Positions 46,306 through 54,572 of a DNA stretch of 64,000 nucleotides are shown piece after piece. This stretch comes from an uncultured Gammaproteobacteria bacterium. Lineage in GTDB: Bacteria; Patescibacteriota; Microgenomatia; Daviesbacterales; UBA10151. The translations under genes were made by a program, and so were the position numbers. Where the stretch lies: contig CAZYPW010000001.1 of NCBI GenBank assembly GCA_964649615.1, positions 33,557-97,556 on the forward strand. The letters are read 5' to 3'. Position 1 is the first letter of the stretch. The number at the start of each line of letters is the position of its first letter. Under the pieces are notes generated by a model. The model was not told where the DNA came from. It saw nothing but the letters and a program-made list of their open reading frames with translations, and ran no database searches.

Positions 46306-48651
46306 ATGGAAGTAACTTTACAAACCAGTAGCCCAAATTATTTAAGTTTAATTGTAGCAGTGATAGGAGCTCTAGCGCTATTGATGGTTTTAGTGGGATT
46401 TTGGTTTTATGTTAAAAAATATGTGATTGGTTGGATTAAATATAGGGACAGGGAAAAATCCTCCTTACAGTTTGTAGTTTTACAAATTAAAGTACCCAGG
46501 GGCAATGAAGTAAAAATTGATGCTGCAGAACAGCTTTTTGGCACCTTTGCTTCTTTAAGAAAGTCTGGAGGGATGTTTTCTTCTTTGCAAGCCCAGCCTC
46601 ATTTATCTTTTGAAATAGTTGCTACCCATGAATCAATTAAATTTTTTGTCTCCTGCCATAAATCTCATAGGGATTTGTTAGAAAAACAAATCCATGGAGC
46701 ATATCCTGATGCAGAGATCAAAGAAGTGCCTGAGTACAATATATTTTCAGAAACTGGCAAGACTGCTTATGCTCAACTTAAGCTCAAAAATGCAGACTAT
46801 TTTCCTATTAAAACCTTTAGGGATTTGCCAACAGACCCTTTGTCTTCTTTAACCTCTGGCTTAGCTAAGATGCAGCTGGGAGAAGGGGCAGCAGTCCAGT
46901 TGATTATTTCTCCAGCTGGCAATAGTTGGAAAGATAAAGGCAAAGCTTTTGCTAAAAAGGAAAAAGAACCAGGTACAGAAAAAAGCCCTAAAGCCCCTCC
47001 TGATGCCAAACAGCTGGAAGCAGTGGAAGGAAAGATTACCAGGGCTGGTTTTAATACTGTTGTCAGGATTGTCACTTCCTCAACATCTGAGGAATCTGCT
47101 AAAGCCCATTTAACTAATATTAAGTCTGCTTTTGAGCAGTTCTCTGGCCCATATAATGGTTTCTCAGGAGCCAAGGTTTATTCTGAGAAAGGTTTTTTGA
47201 CTGATTTTATTTACAGGTATTTGCCTAAGTTTTCTCCCACCCCAGTTTTAACAGCAGATGAGCTGTCATCTATTTTTCATTTTCCTAATAAATCTATAGA
47301 AACTCCTTATATCAACTGGCTTTCTTCTAAAAGGGCCCCAGCACCAGAAAAAGTGCCTACAGAAGGGTTGTATTTGGGAAGGTCTATCTTTAGGGGAGTG
47401 GAGAGGCCAGTCTTTCTGTCTGAGGATGATAGGAGAAGGCATATGTATGTAATTGGAAGGACTGGAACTGGCAAGACTGAATTTTTGAAAACCATGATGT
47501 TGCAAGATATTGTAGCGGGAAAGGGTTTATGTTTTATTGATCCTCATGGTGATGCAGCAGAAGAGCTGTTGCAATTAATACCACCTTCCCGGGCAGAAGA
47601 TGTGATTTATTTTGATCCCTCAGATATGGAAAGGCCTTTTGGTTTAAACATGCTGGAGGCTTATACTGAGGAACAAAAACACTTTGTGGTAGCCTCCATT
47701 ATTGGTTTGATGTATAAATTGTTTGATCCTAATAAAACTGGAATTATTGGGCCCAGGTTTGAGCATGGAGTTAGAAATGCTATGTTAACTGCCATGAGCA
47801 AGCCTGGTACCACTTTTGTGGAAGTGGTTAGAATCATGACAGATGCTGCCTTTGTGCAAGAGTTATTGCCCTTAGTCCAAGATCCTGTGGTTAGAAGGTA
47901 CTGGACAGACCAGATTGCCCAAACGTCAGACTTTCATAAATCAGAAGTGTTGGATTATACAGTTTCCAAGTTTGGCAGGTTTGTGACTAATAAAATGATG
48001 AGAAATATTATTGGCCAATCCCAATCCTCTTTTGATCTAAGAAAAGTGATGGATGAGGGAAAAATATTAATCATTAATTTATCTAAAGGTAAGATTGGTG
48101 AGGAAAATTCTAACTTTTTAGGATTAATACTGGTGCCAAAGATTTTGGCTGCTGCTATGAGCAGGTCTAATATCCCGGAGGACCAAAGGAAAGATTTTTA
48201 TTTGTATGTTGATGAGTTTCAAAATTTTGCCACAGATACTTTTGCCGATATCTTATCTGAAGCCCGAAAATACAAACTTAATTTGATTGTTGCCAATCAA
48301 TTTATTGGCCAAATTGGGGAGGATTTAAAAAATGCTGTTTTTGGAAATGTTGGTACATTAGTAGGATTTAGGGTTGGGGTAACTGATGCTAATTATTTGC
48401 AGCATGAATTTTCACCTATTTTTTCAGAAGCAGATTTAGTGAATGTAGAATCTCCTCATGCTTATATTAAAACTATAGTTAAAGGTGAACCTGTGCCCCC
48501 ATTTTCGCTAGATACCACCAAAGATATGGTCAAATGGAGATCGATGTTAAATCCTCAAGTGGGCCAGGCTATCAGAGAATTATCCAGATTAAAATTTGGC
48601 AGGGATGTGGCTCAAGTTGAAGCAGCAGTGGCTTCCAGAGCCAAGCTGTAA
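46306..48651 (+). CDS. TraD/TrwB (VirD4/HerA-like) ATPase
   Basis: N-terminal TM; RRHMYVIGRTGTGKT, FIDPHGD, LYVDEFQNF, LSEARKY. Confidence 0.88.
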   Translation: MEVTLQTSSPNYLSLIVAVIGALALLMVLVGFWFYVKKYVIGWIKYRDREKSSLQFVVLQIKVPRGNEVKIDAAEQLFGTFASLRKSGGMFSSLQAQPHLSFEIVATHESIKFFVSCHKSHRDLLEKQIHGAYPDAEIKEVPEYNIFSETGKTAYAQLKLKNADYFPIKTFRDLPTDPLSSLTSGLAKMQLGEGAAVQLIISPAGNSWKDKGKAFAKKEKEPGTEKSPKAPPDAKQLEAVEGKITRAGFNTVVRIVTSSTSEESAKAHLTNIKSAFEQFSGPYNGFSGAKVYSEKGFLTDFIYRYLPKFSPTPVLTADELSSIFHFPNKSIETPYINWLSSKRAPAPEKVPTEGLYLGRSIFRGVERPVFLSEDDRRRHMYVIGRTGTGKTEFLKTMMLQDIVAGKGLCFIDPHGDAAEELLQLIPPSRAEDVIYFDPSDMERPFGLNMLEAYTEEQKHFVVASIIGLMYKLFDPNKTGIIGPRFEHGVRNAMLTAMSKPGTTFVEVVRIMTDAAFVQELLPLVQDPVVRRYWTDQIAQTSDFHKSEVLDYTVSKFGRFVTNKMMRNIIGQSQSSFDLRKVMDEGKILIINLSKGKIGEENSNFLGLILVPKILAAAMSRSNIPEDQRKDFYLYVDEFQNFATDTFADILSEARKYKLNLIVANQFIGQIGEDLKNAVFGNVGTLVGFRVGVTDANYLQHEFSPIFSEADLVNVESPHAYIKTIVKGEPVPPFSLDTTKDMVKWRSMLNPQVGQAIRELSRLKFGRDVAQVEAAVASRAKL

Positions 48652-48658
48652 TCCTTTT

Positions 48659-48976
48659 ATGTCATTCCGAGTGAAACGAGGAATCTCTAGATTAAGAAGC
48701 TACTTTGTATATATCTTAGCCAGTAAAACAGGCACATTGTATATTGGTGTAACTAATAATTTAGAAAAAAGAGTTTATGAACACAAAAATAAATTAATTC
48801 CAGGATTTACAGCAAAGTATAATATTGATCGTTTAATGTATTATCAGGAATTTAATGATATAGAAGAGGCAATAGAGATGGAAAAGAAAATAAAGGGTTG
48901 GAGTAGAGAAAAGAAGATAAATCTTATTAAGACTATAAATCCTCACACTAAAGATTTAGCTGATAATTTAACCTAA
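48659..48976 (+). CDS. Stand-alone GIY-YIG nuclease
   Basis: YFVYIL...LYIGVTNNLEKRVYEH...AIEMEKKIKGWSREKK. Confidence 0.9.
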   Translation: MSFRVKRGISRLRSYFVYILASKTGTLYIGVTNNLEKRVYEHKNKLIPGFTAKYNIDRLMYYQEFNDIEEAIEMEKKIKGWSREKKINLIKTINPHTKDLADNLT

Positions 48977-49086
48977 AGATGTTTCGCTAATCGCTCAACA
49001 TGACAAACTACTTTTTGTCATTCTGAGGGCAAAGCCCGAAGAATCTCAAGATTAATCTAGAGATTCTTCACTTCGTTCAGGATGAC
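48661..49086. repeat. GTCATT..GAATCT / AGAT..ATGAC palindromic repeats (four units)
   Basis: Units at 48661-48686, 48977-49004, 49017-49046, 49061-49086. Confidence 0.85.
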
Positions 49087-49118
49087 ATTGATAGATAAGC
49101 TTTGGTATAATTCCTACC

Positions 49119-49189
49119 AGGCCCGTCGTATAATGGTAATACCTGATTCTTATACAATCAAGACGAGGGTTCAATTCCTTCCGGGCCTA
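49119..49189 (+). tRNA. tRNA-Ile(TAT)
   Basis: Acceptor AGGCCCG/CGGGCCT, A73; TGATT-CTTATAC-AATCA; GGTTCAATTCC; extended -10 TGGTATAAT upstream. Confidence 0.88.
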
Positions 49190-49208
49190 CATAATTCTGG
49201 TCCGCCCA

Positions 49209-49634
49209 CTAGATTGCAAGAAATTCTCTCAGTTCCCCAGATCTGGAGGGGTGTCTTAATCTTCTTAATTCTCTGGCAATGATTAGTCTAGGTCCTCCTA
49301 TTGAAGTGTAACCACATCTATCGCCAATTTCTCTTAAGGTATGCATTGTCCCATCTTCCTTTCCAAAACGTAATCCAACAAGAACCTGTCTTCTTGGGAT
49401 AAGTCCTCGTAACATTTGATCTGTAACACGTATTAGTGTTGTACTTCTTTGCGTATCTTCAAGAAAGTCTTCAGGCTTAATAATAAGGCGTGCTATGCCG
49501 CTGTAATGTCCTCGCCATGTCCAACCACCGTGCAAAAAACGGGCAATCTGCTCATTATATTGGCCACCCCCCATAACTTCATTAGCCAGTATGATTGATG
49601 CTTCAAGCGGACTTACTTTTAATCTTTCAGCCAT
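49209..49634 (-). CDS. Stand-alone sigma70 region-4-like HTH protein
   Basis: LRFGKEDGTMHTLREIG...RELRRLRHPSRS; likely ATG 49634. Confidence 0.75.
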   Translation of the reverse strand: MAERLKVSPLEASIILANEVMGGGQYNEQIARFLHGGWTWRGHYSGIARLIIKPEDFLEDTQRSTTLIRVTDQMLRGLIPRRQVLVGLRFGKEDGTMHTLREIGDRCGYTSIGGPRLIIARELRRLRHPSRSGELREFLAI

Positions 49635-49641
49635 ATTAGTA

Positions 49642-50505
49642 TTAAAGCTCTTCCAGTTTAACTTTTCCTTCAGAAGGTTGGTTTTGGACAAATTGGAGAT
49701 AGCGTTCTGTGGTGGATAATCTTTTATGTCCGGCCAGCTTGGAGACCATGGTCATAGGGACTCCTGATTGCAATTGATGTGCTACCCAGGTATGCCTTAA
49801 ATCATTTACTTTGGCTTCTTTAATGCCTGCTAACCTAAAGTATCTATCAATAGCTGTCCTAATATTTCTTATTAAAAGCGGCCTGCCTGTTTTAGTGATA
49901 AATAAAGAATGGGATGGGCTTTTTGGCCTGATCCCCAAATACTTAGCTATTGCATCTGCAGCTGGTTTATTTAAAGGAATATCCCTTTCTCTGGTGTCTT
50001 CAAATGGGGGAACATGAAGTGAACCCATCTCTAAATTAACATCCTCAACTCTAAGTCTTGCCAACTCACCAATCCTAATTCCTGTTTGAAGTAAAAGCTC
50101 AATTACTGCAATCATCCTTAAATCTGCTTTAGCTGCATCTCTTAAGGCCCTATATTCCAGTTTAGTTAAGATCCTAGGAGGCTTATTTTCAAATTTAGGA
50201 TGGGAAAGTTTACTGGCAGGATCATCTGAGATTAAACTAGATGCTTTTAAGAATTTAAAGAAAGTTTTAGTAGAGTTAGTTTTTCTGGAAATAGATTTTG
50301 GGGTATAATTTTGTTTGGCTAATCCATCCATGAAAGCCTGCAGATCTTCTGTTTGGGTCTCTTTAGGATCTGTTTTTGATAAGCCTTCCAGGTAAAATAC
50401 CAGTTGATCAATATCTTTGCTATAAGCTAAGATAGTAGCAGAGGCTCGAGATCTGCCTTTTAAATGTCCTATAAATTGTTGATGGGCATCACGTAAAGTA
50501 ACCAT
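49642..50505 (-). CDS. XerC/XerD-like tyrosine recombinase
   Basis: SAM-like N-domain; TGIRIGEL, NDLRHTW, AGH, TTERY. Confidence 0.9.
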   Translation of the reverse strand: MVTLRDAHQQFIGHLKGRSRASATILAYSKDIDQLVFYLEGLSKTDPKETQTEDLQAFMDGLAKQNYTPKSISRKTNSTKTFFKFLKASSLISDDPASKLSHPKFENKPPRILTKLEYRALRDAAKADLRMIAVIELLLQTGIRIGELARLRVEDVNLEMGSLHVPPFEDTRERDIPLNKPAADAIAKYLGIRPKSPSHSLFITKTGRPLLIRNIRTAIDRYFRLAGIKEAKVNDLRHTWVAHQLQSGVPMTMVSKLAGHKRLSTTERYLQFVQNQPSEGKVKLEEL

Positions 50506-50557
50506 TATGCTATATTTTAATCTTAAAAAGCCCCTTTGTCAATAGTTATAGGATAAT

Positions 50558-50911
50558 ATGATTAAGAAAGCTACCATACTAATATTTATTTTAATAATTT
50601 TGAGCCTATCTTATAATCTTTTTAGGCAATTATCCCTAACAGTTGGCTCCTCAGATAAACTTAACCAAATTTTAGAAGATGTACAAGATTTAGAAATTAA
50701 AAACAAAACTTTAAAGCACAAATTAGAACAGATTAAATCTGCTGAGTTTATTGAAGAACAAGCCAGAAATAAGTTAGGTTTAGGCAAACAAGGAGAAACA
50801 GTAATAATTATTTCTGAAGATAAGATTAACCAAATTTTAGGGGCCAGCCAATCTGCTCAGGGAAAAAGGCTGCCTAATTGGCAAGGCTGGTGGAAGCTAT
50901 TTTTTAACTAA
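50558..50911 (+). CDS. Septum formation initiator (FtsB/DivIC family)
   Basis: TM segment, coiled coil, IEEQARNKLGLGKQGE. Confidence 0.85.
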   Translation: MIKKATILIFILIILSLSYNLFRQLSLTVGSSDKLNQILEDVQDLEIKNKTLKHKLEQIKSAEFIEEQARNKLGLGKQGETVIIISEDKINQILGASQSAQGKRLPNWQGWWKLFFN

Positions 50912-50920
50912 ACTTCCTTT

Positions 50921-51475
50921 TTAGGGGGCGATTCTGTTAAGAATCCTGCCAAGTAATGATTGTTCAGTCTTTATGACCTGCCCATTTTCAGCTGAAACAA
51001 AAGCTTTGACTTTGGATTTTAGGGGAATAAATCCTAAAAACTTATATTCTCTGACTCCATCTATTTCATAGGCTAACAGGCCGTCTTTTTCCACCAGTGT
51101 AACCAATTTTGCAGTACTGGCCAACTCCCCTTCAGCTGGAGCTGATGTGACAAAACTCATCACTTTTGATGCCAGCATATTTTTAATGGCTGCATCAGGT
51201 AAAACTGTGACTATTTTCTCTTCGCTGGGAGTGGTAACCAAAAGAGTGTTAGTAGCCTTATCTATCTTCAGAGGAAAAGCGGATATAGCGCCTTCTGTAT
51301 TACTAATAACGCCCATTTTGCCTCCATCTGTGGCAATCTTGGGATTGCCTTTGGAAGCATCCATCCCCAAAACATTATTTGTTCCATCAAAATGATTTCT
51401 GGAGATTGGTATATTGGCAGTAATTAAAAGTCCCCCGATTAGTACTGTTACCAAAAGCAGCAAATTTTTGGGCAT
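50921..51475 (-). CDS. Hypothetical secreted protein
   Basis: Signal/TM segment; KFLGFIP...VSAENG; likely ATG 51475. Confidence 0.55.
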   Translation of the reverse strand: MPKNLLLLVTVLIGGLLITANIPISRNHFDGTNNVLGMDASKGNPKIATDGGKMGVISNTEGAISAFPLKIDKATNTLLVTTPSEEKIVTVLPDAAIKNMLASKVMSFVTSAPAEGELASTAKLVTLVEKDGLLAYEIDGVREYKFLGFIPLKSKVKAFVSAENGQVIKTEQSLLGRILNRIAP

Positions 51476-51544
51476 CAACTTGATAATATGGGAAAGGACC
51501 CCTTTTGTCAAATGTATATGTTTCATACCATAAGGTACAAGATC

Positions 51545-51575
51545 ATGCACCATTCGGTGCATGGTTGCGGAGGTA
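51545..51575 (-). repeat. Displaced tRNA-Met 3' end with downstream hairpin
   Basis: GGTTGCGGAGGTA (51563-51575) matches 52710-52722; this copy completes CCA; hairpin ATGCACC-ATTC-GGTGCAT. Confidence 0.7.
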
Positions 51576-51590
51576 ATAGGCTGTTAGAAC

Positions 51591-51863
51591 TTACCTTTTT
51601 CTGTAAACTTCATCGTGTGTACCTATATCAAAGAAGTAGGCCTCATCACCGCTTTGTAGATAGGTCATTCTGGCACCCTTGGTAATAGAAATGCTCCATA
51701 TATTTTCAAGCTCTCCAGATAATTTATGCACACGTAGTGATTTGTGTCTAGGGTTTAAAGCAAAAAGGGTTAATTGTTTCTTAATTCTATTAGAAAACTT
51801 GGGGTCTTTTTTGTTGATTTCTTCCAGTTCTCTTCGCAGCTTGTCATCAAGTCTAATCTGCAT
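51591..51863 (-). CDS. RelE/YafQ-like toxin
   Basis: SLRVHKLSG...WSISIT...DIGTHDEVY. Confidence 0.85.
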   Translation of the reverse strand: MQIRLDDKLRRELEEINKKDPKFSNRIKKQLTLFALNPRHKSLRVHKLSGELENIWSISITKGARMTYLQSGDEAYFFDIGTHDEVYRKR

Positions 51864-52117
51864 TATAGATTTTTGAAAAATTTATCAACATCTTTTACTA
51901 AAATTGCTTTATCTTTATTTTTTAAAGCCTCTTTAGCCTTTCTAATTGTTCTATCTGATGCCTCAAAAGTAGGGTATTCCATATCAGCTACATCTTTGAG
52001 TATTAAGTGTTTAATATACCCTGCCAAAGGCATGCCAAACTTACTGGCCTTACTTTCCAGGAAATCTTTTAGAGCCAAAGGTAAATTTAGTTTCACTTGT
52101 GTCTGTGGAGTGATCAT
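51863..52117 (-). CDS. Antitoxin (RHH-like)
   Basis: VKLNLP...KASKFGMPLAGYIKHLI; 1-nt overlap with the toxin. Confidence 0.7.
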   Translation of the reverse strand: MITPQTQVKLNLPLALKDFLESKASKFGMPLAGYIKHLILKDVADMEYPTFEASDRTIRKAKEALKNKDKAILVKDVDKFFKNL

Positions 52118-52280
52118 GAGGCTATTATATCACCAATTTAAGGACTTTTCAAGGACTAAAATAAGTGATATGATTCAGCAATGAAAATACAATGTCCATC
52201 ATGTAAAAAATTTAAAGATTCTAACTATACCATCCAGGTGGTTAAAATTTGAGACTAAAGCCCTTCGATTACACTCAGGG

Positions 52281-52553
52281 TTATAATGTTTTAAGTTTTT
52301 CTAAGTCTCTTTTTATTAATGCTTCTTTCTTAGCTCTAGTCCAACCTTTAAGTTGTTTTTCTCTTTTCATAGCCTCAAGCAAGATAGGATAGTTTTCTGA
52401 ATAAATTAGTTTAAATTCTCCATTTTCTTTTGAAAATTTAGAAGCTCTTGTAGCTTTGTTTTTATGATCTGTTAATCTTTGTGCAAGATTATTTGTTTGG
52501 CCAATATATAAACTGTTGTTTAAAAATCGGAGTATGTAGACAGTATAGGGCAT
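52281..52553 (-). CDS. Stand-alone GIY-YIG nuclease
   Basis: YTVYILR...LYIGQTNNLAQRLTDH...AMKREKQLKGWTRAKKE; likely ATG 52553. Confidence 0.9.
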   Translation of the reverse strand: MPYTVYILRFLNNSLYIGQTNNLAQRLTDHKNKATRASKFSKENGEFKLIYSENYPILLEAMKREKQLKGWTRAKKEALIKRDLEKLKTL

Positions 52554-52709
52554 GGACGCTATATCCCTTCGACTCGATGACTCGCTCAGGCCTTCGGCTC
52601 TGAGGCTCAGGCTCGAAGAGGCGATTCGACTTCTGAACATGAATCTTTTATGTTAAATTAAGTCGGTTATAACCGTGAGCGAGTCCGCCAAAGGCGGACG
52701 AGTCGAATC

Positions 52710-52783
52710 GGTTGCGGAGGTAGGAATCGAACCTACTGCCTGGAGATTATGAGCCTCCCGTGCAACCGTTACACTTCCCCGCT
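52710..52783 (-). tRNA. tRNA-Met(CAT), probably initiator
   Basis: GGAGG-CTCATAA-TCTCC; A1-A72 mismatch; 3' end TCCGCAACC. Confidence 0.8.
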
Positions 52784-52810
52784 TGCATATTGTAACATAG
52801 AATATAAATT

Positions 52811-53056
52811 ATGTGGTTTGTTTATATACTCCAATGTGTTGATGGAAGCCTTTACACAGGATCAACTAATAATCTTAAAAAAAGATTTTTGGATCATCAA
52901 AATGGCAAAGGGGGGAGATATACCAGATCCCATAAAGTAGTTAAAATAGTATATTCAGAAGAGCTTAATACAAAATCAAAAGCCCTAAAAAGAGAAAGGC
53001 AAATCAAAAGCTATGATAAAAAGAAAAAAATTAAACTCTGGCTTGACCCAACTTAA
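52811..53056 (+). CDS. Stand-alone GIY-YIG nuclease
   Basis: WFVYILQCVDGSLYTGSTNNLKKR...GGRYTR...ALKRERQIK. Confidence 0.9.
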   Translation: MWFVYILQCVDGSLYTGSTNNLKKRFLDHQNGKGGRYTRSHKVVKIVYSEELNTKSKALKRERQIKSYDKKKKIKLWLDPT

Positions 53057-53077
53057 CTGCTGAGCTACTGTTAAATT

Positions 53078-54448
53078 ATGAGTGAGAAAATATTTAAAAG
53101 GGTAGTGGAAGCGCCTGCTGTAGTTTTGGGCCAAAGTTTAGATACCTCCAAAAAGCTTGCCAGATTTATCTATAGGCACAAAGATATTAAAAAAGCCAGG
53201 GAATACTGGCATACTTTAGGACCTGGTTTAACCACAGGTGCTGCTGATGATGACCCATCAGGCATTGCTACTTATTCTCAAGCAGGAGCAGGATATGGAT
53301 TTAACTTTTTGTGGACTGCTGGTCTTAGCTTTCCTTTAATGGCTGTGGTACAAGAAATGTGTGCCAGAATTGGTTTAGTGACAGGCAGGGGATTGGCTGG
53401 AAATATCAGAATATTTTTCCCAAAGTGGGTACTTTTGACCTGTACCTTTTTACTTTTTGCAGCTAATTCTTTAAACATTGGAGCTGACCTGGGAGCCATG
53501 GCTCAAGCAGTCCAACTTTTGTATCCTGAGGTTAATTTTGAGTTTTTGGTGTTAGCCTTTGCTATTTTTTCTTTATCTTTGCAAATATTTACTACCTATG
53601 ATAAATATGCCAAATATTTAAAGTGGTTAGCACTAGTGCTTTTGGCCTATGTTTTTTCAGCCCTTTCTGCCAATTTAGATTGGGAGCAGATTGCTATTAA
53701 TGCAGTTTTACCCAGTATTAGTTTTGATAGAGATCAAATATTTATTATCACAGCTATTTTAGGTACCACTATCTCACCTTATTTATTTTTCTGGCAAACC
53801 TCACAAGAGATTGAGGAGCAGATTTTAGGAGGCAGAACTACTTTAAAATTAAGGCAGGTAGAAACAACCAATAAGGAGATTAAAGATATGAGGTTAGATG
53901 TCTGGTCAGGGATGTTTTTATCTAATTTAGTCATGTTTTTTATTATTGCAGCTTGTGGAGCCATTCTTTTCCCTGCTGGGATTACTAATATCAGCTCAGC
54001 AGCAGAGGCTGCAGAAGCCCTGCGGCCGATTGCCGGAGATGGCACATACCTGCTTTTTGCCTTAGGCATTATTGGCACAGGCCTTTTGGCAATTCCAGTT
54101 CTGGCAGGATCTGCTTCCTATGCTATTTCTGAGAGTTTTGGCTGGAAATTCGGGCTTTATAGAAGGCTTAAGGAAGCAAATGCCTTTTATGGAGTGATAA
54201 TTCTTTCAACCTTAATTGGTTTGGTGATTAATTTTATGGGTTTTGATCCTATTAAAATCTTAATCTATACAGCGGTGGCTAATGGTTTGATTGCGCCTGT
54301 TATTTTAGCCACTATTGTTTTACTCAGCAGTAATAAACGGGTGATGGGAGAGAGGATTAATAGTCCGTTAACCGCTGCTTTAGGCTGGTTTATTACCTTA
54401 GTGATGATTGTTGCAGGTGTGGCTACTATATATTCCTTCTTTGTTTAA
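53078..54448 (+). CDS. Nramp-family divalent metal transporter
   Basis: GPGLTTGAADDDPSGIATYSQAG; GTTISPYLFFWQ. Confidence 0.9.
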   Translation: MSEKIFKRVVEAPAVVLGQSLDTSKKLARFIYRHKDIKKAREYWHTLGPGLTTGAADDDPSGIATYSQAGAGYGFNFLWTAGLSFPLMAVVQEMCARIGLVTGRGLAGNIRIFFPKWVLLTCTFLLFAANSLNIGADLGAMAQAVQLLYPEVNFEFLVLAFAIFSLSLQIFTTYDKYAKYLKWLALVLLAYVFSALSANLDWEQIAINAVLPSISFDRDQIFIITAILGTTISPYLFFWQTSQEIEEQILGGRTTLKLRQVETTNKEIKDMRLDVWSGMFLSNLVMFFIIAACGAILFPAGITNISSAAEAAEALRPIAGDGTYLLFALGIIGTGLLAIPVLAGSASYAISESFGWKFGLYRRLKEANAFYGVIILSTLIGLVINFMGFDPIKILIYTAVANGLIAPVILATIVLLSSNKRVMGERINSPLTAALGWFITLVMIVAGVATIYSFFV

Positions 54449-54477
54449 ATCTATCTTTTTTGATAAAATCTAGCAAC

Positions 54478-54553
54478 GGCAGCGTAGCTCAGCGGTAGTA
54501 GCAATCGTTTCATAAGCGATAGGTCGTTGGTTCGAATCCAACCGCTGCCACCA
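54478..54553 (+). tRNA. tRNA-Met(CAT), elongator-like
   Basis: ATCGT-TTCATAA-GCGAT; GGCAGCG/CGCTGCC; ACCA. Confidence 0.88.
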
Positions 54554-54572
54554 GGAATGGTATAGTTAAATT

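Noticed and set aside
49642-50505. Tyrosine recombinase as integrase of the tRNA-Met islet or of an island at tRNA-Ile
   Set aside because: It lies outside the att-bounded segment, next to an ftsB-like core gene, looks Xer-like, and I found no duplicated tRNA-Ile end. Action in trans is not excluded.
52554-52640. N-terminal extensions on track ORFs (52640, 48596, 44484, 62655, 15749, 61296)
   Set aside because: The extensions run through repeats, promoters or neighbouring genes; downstream ATGs match family starts.
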